IMG/VR virus record: IMGVR_UViG_3300043410_000565
Coordinates: 92,236-156,235 of that record
DNA length: 64,000 bases
Direction: 5' to 3' (one strand)
From: a virus
Taxonomy: Duplodnaviria; Heunggongvirae; Uroviricota; Caudoviricetes
Shown: in pieces, positions 9,657 to 19,248 of the stretch
How positions within the stretch are numbered: position 1 is the stretch's first letter
Layout of the letters: each line of letters starts with the position of its first letter
The notes under the pieces: model-generated
Database searches by the model: none
Seen by the model: only the letters and a program-made list of their open reading frames with translations
Told to the model about the DNA's origin: nothing
Translations under genes and position numbers: made by a program

Positions 9657-12563
9657 ATGCCGTTTCAATTATCTCCAGGCGTTGCAGTCGTAGAAAAAGA
9701 CTTTACTTCTATCGTTCCTGCCGTAGCAACCTCCATTGGTGCGTTTGCTGGCCAGTTCGACTGGGGTCCAGTTTTGGAACCAATCACAATTACCTCAGAA
9801 GATGAGTTAGTTCGTCGTTTTGGTACACCAAACAACAATAACTTCCAGTCTTTCTTTACTGCTGCTAACTTCCTATCTTATTCTAATAATCTTCTATTGG
9901 TACGTCAACAGACTACTAACATGAAGAATGCGGTGGTTACACCATCTGGCTCTTTGAGCGCAGTTACTTTAATCAATAATGGTTATGGTTACAATTCCCT
10001 AGAAGCTGCCCCAGCAGTTGTTATTCACACTCAAGGTCTTATCGACTCTATTGAAGTGGTTTCTGGTGGCTCTGGTTATTCTTCTGCTCCAACAGTTACT
10101 GTATTAGACGCAAACGAAGAATTAGTAAGCTGTGTAGCTACTGCTCAAATTTCTAGCGGACACGTTATCGCTATCACTATCTCTAATCCAGGTGCTAATT
10201 ACACTAACCCAACTGTACAAATCACTGGTGGCGGTGGTACTGGTGCTACTGCAGTAGCAACAATTAAAAACGTACAAGAAGATGGTGGCGTTCAACCTGA
10301 AGCTACTGCAGTTCTTTCTGGTGGTGCTATCACTTCTATTGGTATCACTAGCGGTGGTTCTGGTTATACTACTGAACCAACTATTTCTGTTGTTGCCGCA
10401 AGCGGTGATGATGGTGTAGGATGTACTGCTACTGCAGTTCTTTCTGGTTCTGCAATTAACTCTGTTACTGTAACTAACCAAGGTTCTGGTTATACTTCAC
10501 CAACTATCGCGTTTATCGGCGGTGGCGGTTCTGGCGCTCAAGCTAGTGCAGTTCTAGCAGGTGCTGTTACATCAGCTGTTGTTGTAAACGGTGGTTCTGG
10601 TTATCTAACTGCCCCAACTGTTACTATCTCTGGTGGCGGTGGTTCTGGTGCTACTGCAACAGCCACACTAACAGGCGACGCAGTTACTGGTATCTCTATC
10701 GTTTCTGGTGGTTCTGGTTATACTACTGAACCAACTATTACATTCACTGGTGGTTCTGGTACTGGTGCCGTGGCGGATACAGTTGTAAGCTATTCTGTTA
10801 TCAAGTCTATCTCTATCGTTTCTGGTGGTTCTGGTTATACTTCTGCTCCAACAGTAGATATTTCTGATGCTACTGGCGATGGATGTACTGCTACTGCAGT
10901 TATCGGTTCTAGCTCTATCGCTTCTATCTCTGTTACTGGCGGTGGTTCTGGTTACAAGAAGACTCCAATTGTTACTATCACTGGTGGTGGTGGTTCTGGC
11001 GCTGTTGCTGGTTCTATCGTTGTTGGTCCATCTTCTATCCAAAGCATCACTATCACTGAAGGTGGTACTGGTCTATCTGCTCCTCCAACTGTTGTTGTTG
11101 CTGATGCACCAGAAGGTGGCACAAATGCTGTTACTTCAACTTCTATTACAACTGCTGGTGTTGCAATTCTTAACGCTCAGTATTACTCTGCTAACTTCAT
11201 CAACGGTGGTGGTGTTACTGGTGAGTGGGCTGCTAAGTATCCAGGCAAGTTGGGTAACACTCTAAAAGTGTCTATGGCTGACGCTGCAACTTACAATAAT
11301 TGGGCTTACAAAGATGAGTTCGACGCTGCTCCAGGAACTTCTGAAGGTGCTTCCCGTATCGGTGGTTCTAATGACGAACTACACATTATCGTTATCGACG
11401 AAAAGGGTTATATCTCTGGTGTTGAAAACGCTGTTCTAGAAAAGTATGCTTTCGTATCTAAGGCTTCTGATAACAAGAAACCAGACGGTACAAACAACTA
11501 CTACAAAGACGTTATTAACGGTCGTTCTGAGTGGTTGTGGTGGACTGACCACACTGACTCTGTTGTTGGTGGCTATGAAGCTACTAACTGGGGTGGTGTA
11601 ATGGCTGGCACTGCATTCAAGTCTATGACTATGCCGTTGACACAGTCTCTATCTGGTGGTTTTGACGATGCTGTTTCTACTTCTGGTCAACGTATGACTG
11701 CGTATGAGTTATTCTCTAACGCTGAATTGTACGATATCAACTTGATCATGGCTGGTAAGGCATCTCCTGATGTTGCTAACTACATCATCGACAACGTTGC
11801 TCTTGCTCGTCTAGATGCAGTATTGTTTATCTCTCCAGAAGACGTGGACACTGGTGAAGTTATTATCGGTGATAACTCTTCAGCAGTTAACAAGATCATT
11901 GCTTACCGCGATGAACTAGGTTCTAACTCTTACACAGTGCTAGACTCTGGCTTCAAGTACCAATATGACCGCTATAACGACGTGTATCGTTGGGTTCCAT
12001 TGAACGGTGACGTTGCTGGTCTATGCGCTCGTACTGACTACACTAACGATCCATGGTGGTCTCCAGGTGGTCTAAACCGTGGTCAAATCAAGAACGTTGT
12101 TCGCTTGTCTTGCAACCCTAACCAAACTAACCGTGATAACTTGTATCGTAACTCTATTAACCCAGTTGTTACTTTCCCAGGTCAAGGTACTGTTCTGTTC
12201 GGTGATAAGACATTGTTGGCTAAACCATCTGCGTTTGACCGTATTAACGTTCGCCGCTTGTTTATCGTTCTAGAGAAATCTATCGCGACTGCAGCTAAGT
12301 ATCAATTGTTCGAATTTAACGATGCGTTCACTCGTGGTCAGTTCAAGAACCTAATTGAACCGTTCCTACGTGACGTACAAGGTCGTCGTGGTATTACTGA
12401 CTTCCTAGTTAAGTGTGATGAGTCTAACAACAGTGGTGAAGTTATCGATCGTAACGAATTCGTTGCCGATATCTTCGTTAAACCAACTCGTTCTATCAAC
12501 TTTATTACTCTTAACTTCGTTGCCGCTCGTTCAAGCATCGCCTTCAGCGAAATCGGTGGCTAA
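9657..12563 (+). CDS. 18: Tail sheath protein gp18 carrying a large internal tandem-repeat insertion
   Basis: The N-terminus (FAGQFDWGPVLEPI...FLSYSNNLLLVRQQ) and C-terminus (KYQYDRYNDVYRWVPL...DRINVRRLF...SINFITLNFVAA) align with T4 gp18. 968 aa versus 659 aa in T4. Confidence 0.9.
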   Translation: MPFQLSPGVAVVEKDFTSIVPAVATSIGAFAGQFDWGPVLEPITITSEDELVRRFGTPNNNNFQSFFTAANFLSYSNNLLLVRQQTTNMKNAVVTPSGSLSAVTLINNGYGYNSLEAAPAVVIHTQGLIDSIEVVSGGSGYSSAPTVTVLDANEELVSCVATAQISSGHVIAITISNPGANYTNPTVQITGGGGTGATAVATIKNVQEDGGVQPEATAVLSGGAITSIGITSGGSGYTTEPTISVVAASGDDGVGCTATAVLSGSAINSVTVTNQGSGYTSPTIAFIGGGGSGAQASAVLAGAVTSAVVVNGGSGYLTAPTVTISGGGGSGATATATLTGDAVTGISIVSGGSGYTTEPTITFTGGSGTGAVADTVVSYSVIKSISIVSGGSGYTSAPTVDISDATGDGCTATAVIGSSSIASISVTGGGSGYKKTPIVTITGGGGSGAVAGSIVVGPSSIQSITITEGGTGLSAPPTVVVADAPEGGTNAVTSTSITTAGVAILNAQYYSANFINGGGVTGEWAAKYPGKLGNTLKVSMADAATYNNWAYKDEFDAAPGTSEGASRIGGSNDELHIIVIDEKGYISGVENAVLEKYAFVSKASDNKKPDGTNNYYKDVINGRSEWLWWTDHTDSVVGGYEATNWGGVMAGTAFKSMTMPLTQSLSGGFDDAVSTSGQRMTAYELFSNAELYDINLIMAGKASPDVANYIIDNVALARLDAVLFISPEDVDTGEVIIGDNSSAVNKIIAYRDELGSNSYTVLDSGFKYQYDRYNDVYRWVPLNGDVAGLCARTDYTNDPWWSPGGLNRGQIKNVVRLSCNPNQTNRDNLYRNSINPVVTFPGQGTVLFGDKTLLAKPSAFDRINVRRLFIVLEKSIATAAKYQLFEFNDAFTRGQFKNLIEPFLRDVQGRRGITDFLVKCDESNNSGEVIDRNEFVADIFVKPTRSINFITLNFVAARSSIAFSEIGG
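10040..11100 (+). repeat. About 10 to 11 tandem in-frame repeats of roughly 30 codons inside the sheath gene, encoding the unit SGGSGYT(S/T)xPT(V/I)TI(S/T)GGGGSGAxAxAxL
   Basis: The GGSGY(T/S).PT..I..GGG(S/T)GA unit recurs about every 30 to 35 aa from residue ~130 to ~480 of the sheath protein. Confidence 0.7.
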
Positions 12564-12571
12564 TATTAGAT

Positions 12572-12594
12572 GAGGGGAAGAAATTCCCCTCGTT
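12572..12594 (+). terminator. Rho-independent terminator after the sheath gene (GAGGGGAA-GAAA-TTCCCCTC-GTTT)
   Basis: 8-bp GC-rich stem with a GAAA loop, then a T-rich tail. Confidence 0.6.
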
Positions 12595-12633
12595 TAAAAC
12601 GAATAAATAAAAGTAATAACAAGGAGATTTTAA

Positions 12634-13221
12634 ATGGCAAATATTGCTGACTTTAAAGCCCAGATGATCGGTGGTGGTGCACGTCCGAACCAATTCAGAG
12701 TTGAGTTGACATTCCCATCATTCGTTACACTAGGTGTTATTGCTGGTCAGAGAGCACAGTTCCTATGCCGTGCTGCTTCTTTACCTGCATCAACTATTGA
12801 AACAATTTCTATTCCGTATCGCGGTCGTCCAGTGAACTTCGCTGGTGAGCGTTCATTCCAGCCTTGGACTGTTTCGATCTACAACGATACAACTTTCAAC
12901 ATCCGTAATGCTCTTGAGCAATGGCAATCTGGTATTCAACAATACAATACAACTAACGGTCGTACTAACCCTACTGACTATCAAGTTGACTTGTCTGTTC
13001 ACCAACTTGACCGTAACGGTGCAACTATCAAATCGTACAAGTTTACTGACGCTTTCCCAACTAACATTGGCGCGATCACTCTTGACTACGAACAACAAAA
13101 CGCTATTGAACAGTTCGACGTTGAATTCGTTTACAACTTCTTCACTTCTAACGAAGGTGCTGGTGCTAACTTCGGTATTAACGTTGGTATCAATACTCCA
13201 ATTGGTACTTTCCCAGTTTAA
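12634..13221 (+). CDS. 19: Tail tube protein gp19
   Basis: GGGARPNQFRVELTFPSF matches T4 gp19 ARPNLFQVEI. Position after the sheath gene. RBS AAGGAG. Confidence 0.85.
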   Translation: MANIADFKAQMIGGGARPNQFRVELTFPSFVTLGVIAGQRAQFLCRAASLPASTIETISIPYRGRPVNFAGERSFQPWTVSIYNDTTFNIRNALEQWQSGIQQYNTTNGRTNPTDYQVDLSVHQLDRNGATIKSYKFTDAFPTNIGAITLDYEQQNAIEQFDVEFVYNFFTSNEGAGANFGINVGINTPIGTFPV

Positions 13222-13242
13222 TCTTAGAAGGATAAGTATATA

Positions 13243-14979
13243 ATGCAGCTTTTTGGCTTTGAAATCAAACGTGCGAAAGATGAGCAGGTTCTACCGATTC
13301 CTTCGGTAGTTCCTCCATCGAACCAAGACGGCTCCACCGTAGTAAACACTGGCGTAAATGCTGGTGGTTATTACGGCATGGTTGTCGACTTAGATGCATC
13401 CCTTAAAAACGAAAACGACCTTATTCGTCGTTATCGCGAGATTGCCCAATATACTGATTGCGATGCCGCTATTGAAGACATCGTAAACGAGGCACTTATC
13501 TCTGATGAATCTAAACAACCTGTTGAAATTATTCTCGACGAGTTGAAAGTTTCTTCTGGTATTAAAAATAAAATTACAGACGAGTTCAGAGAAGTCCTTA
13601 GACTATTAAAGTTTAATGACCGTGGACATGAGATCTTCCGTCAATGGTATATTGATGGTCGTTTGTATTATCAAGTACTGCTTGACGAAGCTAACGTCAA
13701 AGCTGGTATTCAAGAATTACGTTTTATTGATCCCCGTAAGATCCGTAAAATCAAAAACATCAAGAAGGAGAAAACTCCTCAAGGTGTTGAAATTATCAAG
13801 ACAATGGAAGAGTTCTACCTTTACAACGATAAGGGTATGAGCGAACAATCTACACAAGGTGTAAAACTTCCTTTGGATTCTGTGGTTCATTGCCCATCAG
13901 GTGCCATGGACATGAACTCTGGTATGACGCTTTCTCACTTACATAAAGCGATCAAGCCAACTAACCAATTGAAGATGATTGAAGACTCTTTAGTCATCTA
14001 TCGTATTTCGCGTGCCCCAGAACGTAGAATTTTCTATGTTGACGTTGGTAACTTACCAAAGCTAAAAGCTGAACAGTATGTTAACGACATCATGAACAAG
14101 TTCCGTAACAAGATTGTTTATGACGCAACTACTGGTGAAACACGTGACGATCGCCGTCACCTATCTATGATGGAAGACTTCTGGATGCCTCGCCGTGAAG
14201 GTGGTAAAGGTACTGAGATTTCTACTCTCCCAGGTGGTCAAAACTTAGGTGCGATCGAAGACATCGAATACTTCCAGAACAAACTATACCATTCATTGAA
14301 CGTTCCTGTTAGCCGTATGCAACAGTCTGAAGGTTTCAGTATTGGTCGTTCTAACGAGATTACTCGCGACGAAGTTAAATTCAATAAGTTTATCGTTAGA
14401 CTTCGTAAGAAGTTTGCTGTGCTATTCTTGGAATCTTTGAAGGTTCAATTAGTTGCCAAGAATATTATCAACATTAAAGATTGGGATGAAATCCGTCAGG
14501 GTATTCGTTTCGACTTCTTAGAAGATAACCACTACGCCGAACTAAAAGACGCTGAATTGTTAACACAACGTGTTACTTTGTTGCAACAAATCGAACCGTT
14601 CATTGGTCGTTTCTACTCTGACGAGTGGATCAAACGTAACCTATTGCGTATGACTGATGATCAAATCGAATTGATGGACAAGCAAATTCAAGCAAGTCTA
14701 CAAACTAATATCACGTTCGCTCAGAATAAGGGTGACCAACAGTTGGCTCAACAACAGCCTACTATGGAATTCCAAGCTCAACAGCAACAGGCTCAAATGC
14801 AACAGCAAGCTGCTATGCAACAAGGTCAAGCTGCTCCAGCGGCATCTAAACCAGCTGCCCCAGCTCAAGCTGCCGCTCAACAAGCTAAGTCTCAAGCATC
14901 TGCTGATAAGAGCGAACAAAAAGCCGAAGGTAAAAAGAAACCTACTGGCGAACAAAAAGATTCATTTGATTGGAATTAA
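13243..14979 (+). CDS. 20: Portal vertex protein gp20 with a Q/A-rich C-terminal extension
   Basis: FRQWYIDGRLYY, AIKPTNQLKMIEDSLVIYRISRAPERRIFYVDVGNLP and EDFWMPRREGGKGTEISTLPG all align with T4 gp20. Confidence 0.9.
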   Translation: MQLFGFEIKRAKDEQVLPIPSVVPPSNQDGSTVVNTGVNAGGYYGMVVDLDASLKNENDLIRRYREIAQYTDCDAAIEDIVNEALISDESKQPVEIILDELKVSSGIKNKITDEFREVLRLLKFNDRGHEIFRQWYIDGRLYYQVLLDEANVKAGIQELRFIDPRKIRKIKNIKKEKTPQGVEIIKTMEEFYLYNDKGMSEQSTQGVKLPLDSVVHCPSGAMDMNSGMTLSHLHKAIKPTNQLKMIEDSLVIYRISRAPERRIFYVDVGNLPKLKAEQYVNDIMNKFRNKIVYDATTGETRDDRRHLSMMEDFWMPRREGGKGTEISTLPGGQNLGAIEDIEYFQNKLYHSLNVPVSRMQQSEGFSIGRSNEITRDEVKFNKFIVRLRKKFAVLFLESLKVQLVAKNIINIKDWDEIRQGIRFDFLEDNHYAELKDAELLTQRVTLLQQIEPFIGRFYSDEWIKRNLLRMTDDQIELMDKQIQASLQTNITFAQNKGDQQLAQQQPTMEFQAQQQQAQMQQQAAMQQGQAAPAASKPAAPAQAAAQQAKSQASADKSEQKAEGKKKPTGEQKDSFDWN

Positions 14980-14988
14980 GGAGTTACT

Positions 14989-15180
14989 ATGACTACAACA
15001 TTAGAATTAATTAACGCAATTGCAACTGGTGATGCCGTTGCAACTGAAGACGCTTTTAACGCTGCAATGGCAGAGAAAATTTCTGCAAAGCTAGATGACC
15101 TTAGAGTTACTGTAGCGCATAATATGTTTAACGCTGTTGCACCGCAAGAAGAAACTACTACTGGTACCGAACAAGAGTAA
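14989..15180 (+). CDS. Small acidic protein, possibly a gp67-like prohead core protein
   Basis: 63 aa. Sits where T4 has gene 67 between 20 and 68/21. RBS GGAG. Confidence 0.45.
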   Translation: MTTTLELINAIATGDAVATEDAFNAAMAEKISAKLDDLRVTVAHNMFNAVAPQEETTTGTEQE

Positions 15181-15181
15181 T

Positions 15182-15607
15182 ATGCACTTCAAGCAATTCT
15201 TAGAAAGACACAAACTCAAAGAACAAGAGGAACAAATTGCTTCTCTTGTAGAGGAAGTCACAAAAGAAATTTACGAAGAAATCCCAAATACTAAAGTAGC
15301 CGAGATCATTAAAGAATATCACGAAGTAAAAGTAACTGATACTCTTATTGAATCATACTTGGAATTGGCTTCTTCTAACATCTTCTCAGTAGACCCAGTT
15401 ATCTGTGAATTGCGCAAGTACAACAAATTAGACCGCTTGGTCGAAGGTAAGTTGAATTATACGTTGAATGACGGTACAGTTATTGCTATCAGCGAGTCAA
15501 CGCAAGATTACCTAAATAACTTATTATGTAATCAAAACGAAATAATTGAGTATATGAGAGAGTCAAAACAGAACTTTTTATATGTACTCGAAAGAATCGG
15601 AGAATAA
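15182..15607 (+). CDS. Prohead core protein, gp68-like. ATG 15182 preferred over the ORF-track extension.
   Basis: TAATATG stop-start junction. Size about 141 aa and position match T4 gp68. Confidence 0.45.
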   Translation: MHFKQFLERHKLKEQEEQIASLVEEVTKEIYEEIPNTKVAEIIKEYHEVKVTDTLIESYLELASSNIFSVDPVICELRKYNKLDRLVEGKLNYTLNDGTVIAISESTQDYLNNLLCNQNEIIEYMRESKQNFLYVLERIGE

Positions 15608-15610
15608 CAA

Positions 15611-16072
15611 ATGGCAATGACATTAACTACTGTCAAAAATACAAACCAAGAGACTGTGATTCATTTCACATCTTCAGCTGCTGAGTCTGGTACTATTACC
15701 ATCGCTAACTTAGCTGCAGCTTCTCAAGCACGCAACTCTGATACACCTAACGTCAACATCGTTAAGTTCAGCGTTATGGGTGAACTTGGTTCTAAAGTTA
15801 CAATCAACCGCAATAGCAAAATCGTTATTGCTTGCGCACCAGAGAACGCTCCATATATGGAAGCTAACTCTTGGGGCATCCCAATCAACCTAGACCCAAC
15901 TTATGATATCGTTATTACTAACGGTGTAGCAAAAGACGTTTCTGGTTTCTTGGTATTGCGTAAAGTTGCTGGTTGGTCTACTAAAGTTGAAACTGCCACT
16001 TATGGCGCATATGATGATACGTCACGTGTTGGTGCTAGCACTACATTAGACGGTTCACCAGATAAGGCATAA
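15611..16072 (+). CDS. Hypothetical head-module protein
   Basis: 153-aa ORF lying between the prohead core genes and the protease gene. Confidence 0.5.
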   Translation: MAMTLTTVKNTNQETVIHFTSSAAESGTITIANLAAASQARNSDTPNVNIVKFSVMGELGSKVTINRNSKIVIACAPENAPYMEANSWGIPINLDPTYDIVITNGVAKDVSGFLVLRKVAGWSTKVETATYGAYDDTSRVGASTTLDGSPDKA

Positions 16073-16074
16073 CC

Positions 16075-16728
16075 ATGAAACTAATTAAAGAAGTATTCGA
16101 TACAACTAATCTTATCGTTGAAGATAAGAAGACTGGTAAAAAAGAATATTTTATTGAAGGTATCTTCCTTCAATCAGCTCTAAAAAACCGCAACGGTCGT
16201 ATGTATCCAGAATCAGTTATGGATAGAGAAGTCGGTCGTTATATGCAAGAGTCAGTAAAAATGAATCGCGCATACGGTGAATTAGGTCACCCAGATACTC
16301 CAAGCATTAATCTTGACCGTGTATCCCACATGATCGTTGACCTTCGTAAAGAAGGTACTAACTACATTGGTCGCGCAAAGATTATGGAAACCCCAATGGG
16401 TAATATTGCACGTGGTCTTTTAGATGGCGGCGCAAACCTTGGTGTTTCATCCAGAGCACTTGGTTCATTAAAAATGAACAATGAAGGTGTTAACGTAGTT
16501 CAAGATGACTTCATGTTATCTACTGCCGCTGACATCGTTGCTGACCCATCTGCTCCAGACGCTTATGTCCGTGGTATCATGGAAAGCAAGGAGTGGGCTT
16601 TTGTGGATGGAAAATTTGTGGAAAGAGATATTGAGGAAACTCAAAGGTTTATCAGAAAAGCATCAAGCAAGCAATTGCAAGAAGCCAAAGTGTTAGCCTT
16701 CCAGCATTTCCTGAGTAAAATTAAATAA
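16075..16728 (+). CDS. 21: Prohead core protease gp21
   Basis: NRNGRMYPESVMDREVGRYMQESV...YGELGHPDTPS matches the T4 gp21 signature. Confidence 0.8.
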   Translation: MKLIKEVFDTTNLIVEDKKTGKKEYFIEGIFLQSALKNRNGRMYPESVMDREVGRYMQESVKMNRAYGELGHPDTPSINLDRVSHMIVDLRKEGTNYIGRAKIMETPMGNIARGLLDGGANLGVSSRALGSLKMNNEGVNVVQDDFMLSTAADIVADPSAPDAYVRGIMESKEWAFVDGKFVERDIEETQRFIRKASSKQLQEAKVLAFQHFLSKIK

Positions 16729-16730
16729 TT

Positions 16731-16738
16731 TATAAATA
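16731..16738 (+). promoter_or_regulatory. T4-type late promoter TATAAATA upstream of the scaffold gene
   Basis: Exact TATAAATA 35 nt upstream of the 16773 start. Confidence 0.5.
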
Positions 16739-16772
16739 ATCTTATAGAACTATCCAGTTAGGAGAACAACCG

Positions 16773-17804
16773 ATGTCAATCGAACAAAAAATCGCTGAAC
16801 TTCTTGCTGAGTCTCGCAAGGCTCAGGAGATCCAAGAAGAAAAAGTTAAACCAGACGGTAAAGAAGGTGGTAGCAACTCTACTACTGAAAATGCTAATGC
16901 TGGTGATAAATCTGGTAACCCATCTAAGGGTGACGCAGTTAAACCAACACATGCTGGTGAGAATCCAGACGTAGCACGTAACAACGTGACTGACGAAAAG
17001 CAAGCTGAAGAATCTCATACAGCTGGCGCATTCAATCCAAAGAATGGTGACCGTACTTCTATCCGTAAGGGTGACGCAGTTAAGGCTGGCGTTAAAGAAG
17101 ACATGGACGCACTATTCACTGGTGAAGAACTAACAGAAGAATTCAAAGAAAAAGCAACTACTATTTTTGAAGCAGCCGTTATGGTTCGCGTTCACGAAGA
17201 AGTTGCTCGTCTTGAAGAAGAATTTGCAGCAAAGCTAGAAGAAGCTACTGCAACTCAAATTGAGGGTCTTGTTGAACAAGTTGATGGATACCTTGGCTAT
17301 ATTGCCGAGCAGTGGATTGCACAGAATGAATTAGCCCTTGAAAATGGCATTAAGTCCGAAATCGTTGAGAGCTTCATCACTGGTATGAAGGGTCTATTCG
17401 AAGAACATTATATTGATGTTCCAGAAGAGAAGTATGACGTACTAGGTGAGATGGAACAAACTATTGCTTCTCTAGAAGCAAAACTAAACGAGCAAGTAGA
17501 AACTAATGTTGCTTTAACTAAGCAAGTTTCTGAGTCTACTAAAGCTCAAATCGTAGCAGAAGCTGCTGAAGGTCTATCTGACGTTGAAGTAGAAAAATTC
17601 CAAGGTCTAGTTGAAGAACTAACTTTTGAATCTGCTGAAGCATTCTCTACTAAGGTTAAGACTTTACGTGAGAGCTATTTCACTAAACAAACTACTGAAG
17701 TTAAGTCAGTTGTAACTGACACTCCAGTCGAAACTCTAACTGAAGAGAAGAAAGTAGAAATCGATCCATTAATGGCTCGCTACGTTTCTGCTCTAACTAA
17801 ATAA
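16773..17804 (+). CDS. 22: Prohead scaffold protein gp22
   Basis: Highly acidic, coiled-coil-like 343-aa protein between gp21 and gp23. Confidence 0.7.
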   Translation: MSIEQKIAELLAESRKAQEIQEEKVKPDGKEGGSNSTTENANAGDKSGNPSKGDAVKPTHAGENPDVARNNVTDEKQAEESHTAGAFNPKNGDRTSIRKGDAVKAGVKEDMDALFTGEELTEEFKEKATTIFEAAVMVRVHEEVARLEEEFAAKLEEATATQIEGLVEQVDGYLGYIAEQWIAQNELALENGIKSEIVESFITGMKGLFEEHYIDVPEEKYDVLGEMEQTIASLEAKLNEQVETNVALTKQVSESTKAQIVAEAAEGLSDVEVEKFQGLVEELTFESAEAFSTKVKTLRESYFTKQTTEVKSVVTDTPVETLTEEKKVEIDPLMARYVSALTK

Positions 17805-17830
17805 TCTTTTTATCTTAAAGGAAAATAGAA

Positions 17831-19156
17831 ATGACAACTCGTCAACAACTAATGGAAAAATGGGCACCAGTCCTTAATCACGAAGGTGCACCAAAGATCG
17901 CTGATAACTATCGTAAAGAAGTTACTGCTGTTCTTCTAGAAAACCAAGAGCGCGAAATGCGCAAGCAAGCTGAAGCGCTTTTCGAAACTGCTCCAACTAA
18001 CTCTACTGGTGGCCAAATTGGCGTAGTAGGTTCTGGTGCTGGTATCGGTGGTGTTGCTGGTTTCGACCCAGTGTTGATCAGCTTGGTTCGCCGTGCTATG
18101 CCACAATTGATCGCTTACGATATCGCTGGCGTTCAACCAATGACTCAACCAACTGGCTTGATCTTCGCAATGAAGTCTCGCTACGGTACTCCAGGTGGTG
18201 CTGAAGCTCTATTCAACGAAGCTGACTCTGACTACTCTGGTACTGGTACTCACTCTTCTACTTTAGATGGCGACGTTCTTTCTAGCCAAACTAACGGTAC
18301 TGGTATGGCTACTACTGCTGCTGAACGTCTTGGTCAAGGTGGTTCTGGCGACGGTACTTTCGGTCAAATGGCATTCTCTATCGAGAAGACTTCTGTTACT
18401 GCAAAGACTCGTGCTTTGAAGGCAGAATACTCTATCGAACTAGCACAAGACATGAAGTCTGTGCATGGTTTGGATGCTGAAGGCGAATTGTCTAACATCT
18501 TGTCTGCAGAAATCTTGACTGAAATCAACCGTGAAGTTGTGCGTACTGTGTACCGCACTGCTAAGGTTGGTGCTCAAGTTGGTACTGCTACTGCTGGTAC
18601 TTTCGACTTGGACGTTGACTCTAACGGTCGTTGGTCTGTTGAAAAGTTCAAGGGTCTATTGTTCCAAATCGAACGCGAAGCGAACGCTGTTGGTCAATTG
18701 ACACGTCGTGGTCGCGCGAACTTCATCATCACTTCTGCTGACGTTGCGTCTGCATTGGCGATGGCTGGTGTTCTTGACTACACTCCTGCTTTGAACGGCA
18801 ATAACAGCTTGAACGTAGATGACACTTCTACTACTTTCGCTGGTGTTCTAAACGGCAAGTACAAAGTTTATGTTGATCCATATGCAGCTAACATCTCTGC
18901 TAACCAATACTTCGTTTGCGGTTACAAAGGTACTTCTGCTTTCGACGCTGGCTTGTTCTACTGCCCATACGTTCCTCTACAAATGGTTCGTGCTGTTGAT
19001 CCAAACAGCTTCCAACCAAAGATTGGTTTCAAGACTCGTTACGGTCTAGTTGCTAACCCATTCGTTAACTTGGATGACGGCACTTCTGGTCAAGACAACT
19101 TGACTTCTGATGCAAACTACTACTACCGTAAAGTTAAGGTTACTAACCTAATGTAA
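17831..19156 (+). CDS. 23: Major capsid protein gp23, the short form that lacks the T4 insertion domain
   Basis: LVRRAMPQLIAYDIAGVQPMTQPTGLIFAMKSRYG and ALKAEYSIELAQDMKSVHGLDAEGELSNILSAEILTEINREVV align closely with T4 gp23. Confidence 0.92.
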   Translation: MTTRQQLMEKWAPVLNHEGAPKIADNYRKEVTAVLLENQEREMRKQAEALFETAPTNSTGGQIGVVGSGAGIGGVAGFDPVLISLVRRAMPQLIAYDIAGVQPMTQPTGLIFAMKSRYGTPGGAEALFNEADSDYSGTGTHSSTLDGDVLSSQTNGTGMATTAAERLGQGGSGDGTFGQMAFSIEKTSVTAKTRALKAEYSIELAQDMKSVHGLDAEGELSNILSAEILTEINREVVRTVYRTAKVGAQVGTATAGTFDLDVDSNGRWSVEKFKGLLFQIEREANAVGQLTRRGRANFIITSADVASALAMAGVLDYTPALNGNNSLNVDDTSTTFAGVLNGKYKVYVDPYAANISANQYFVCGYKGTSAFDAGLFYCPYVPLQMVRAVDPNSFQPKIGFKTRYGLVANPFVNLDDGTSGQDNLTSDANYYYRKVKVTNLM

Positions 19157-19203
19157 TCGGCTAAGTCGGTTTTAAAGAAGCCGACGTAGAAGCGGTAATT
19201 TCA

Positions 19204-19228
19204 GGGGATCTTTCGGGATCCCCTTTTT
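19204..19228 (+). terminator. Rho-independent terminator after gp23 (GGGGATC-loop-GATCCCC-TTTTT)
   Basis: Perfect 7-bp GC stem followed by five T. Confidence 0.75.
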
Positions 19229-19235
19229 CATGGAG

Positions 19236-19243
19236 TATAAATA
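19236..19243 (+). promoter_or_regulatory. T4-type late promoter TATAAATA, only 6 nt before the 19249 start codon
   Basis: Exact TATAAATA followed by CTTGTATG. The transcript would be leaderless or nearly so. Confidence 0.55.
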
Positions 19244-19248
19244 CTTGT

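Noticed and set aside
10122-11265. Alternate-frame ORFs (10122..10481 -, 10668..11042 -, 10867..11265 +) inside the sheath gene
   Set aside because: These are artefacts of the tandem repeat region, where periodic sequence keeps off-frames open. The gp18 frame is supported by flanking homology to T4 gp18.
12600-12607. AATAAATA and TATAAACA (9628) as late promoters for the tube and sheath genes
   Set aside because: Each is one mismatch from TATAAATA. That is plausible but below my threshold for calling a promoter. Only exact octamers were listed as features.
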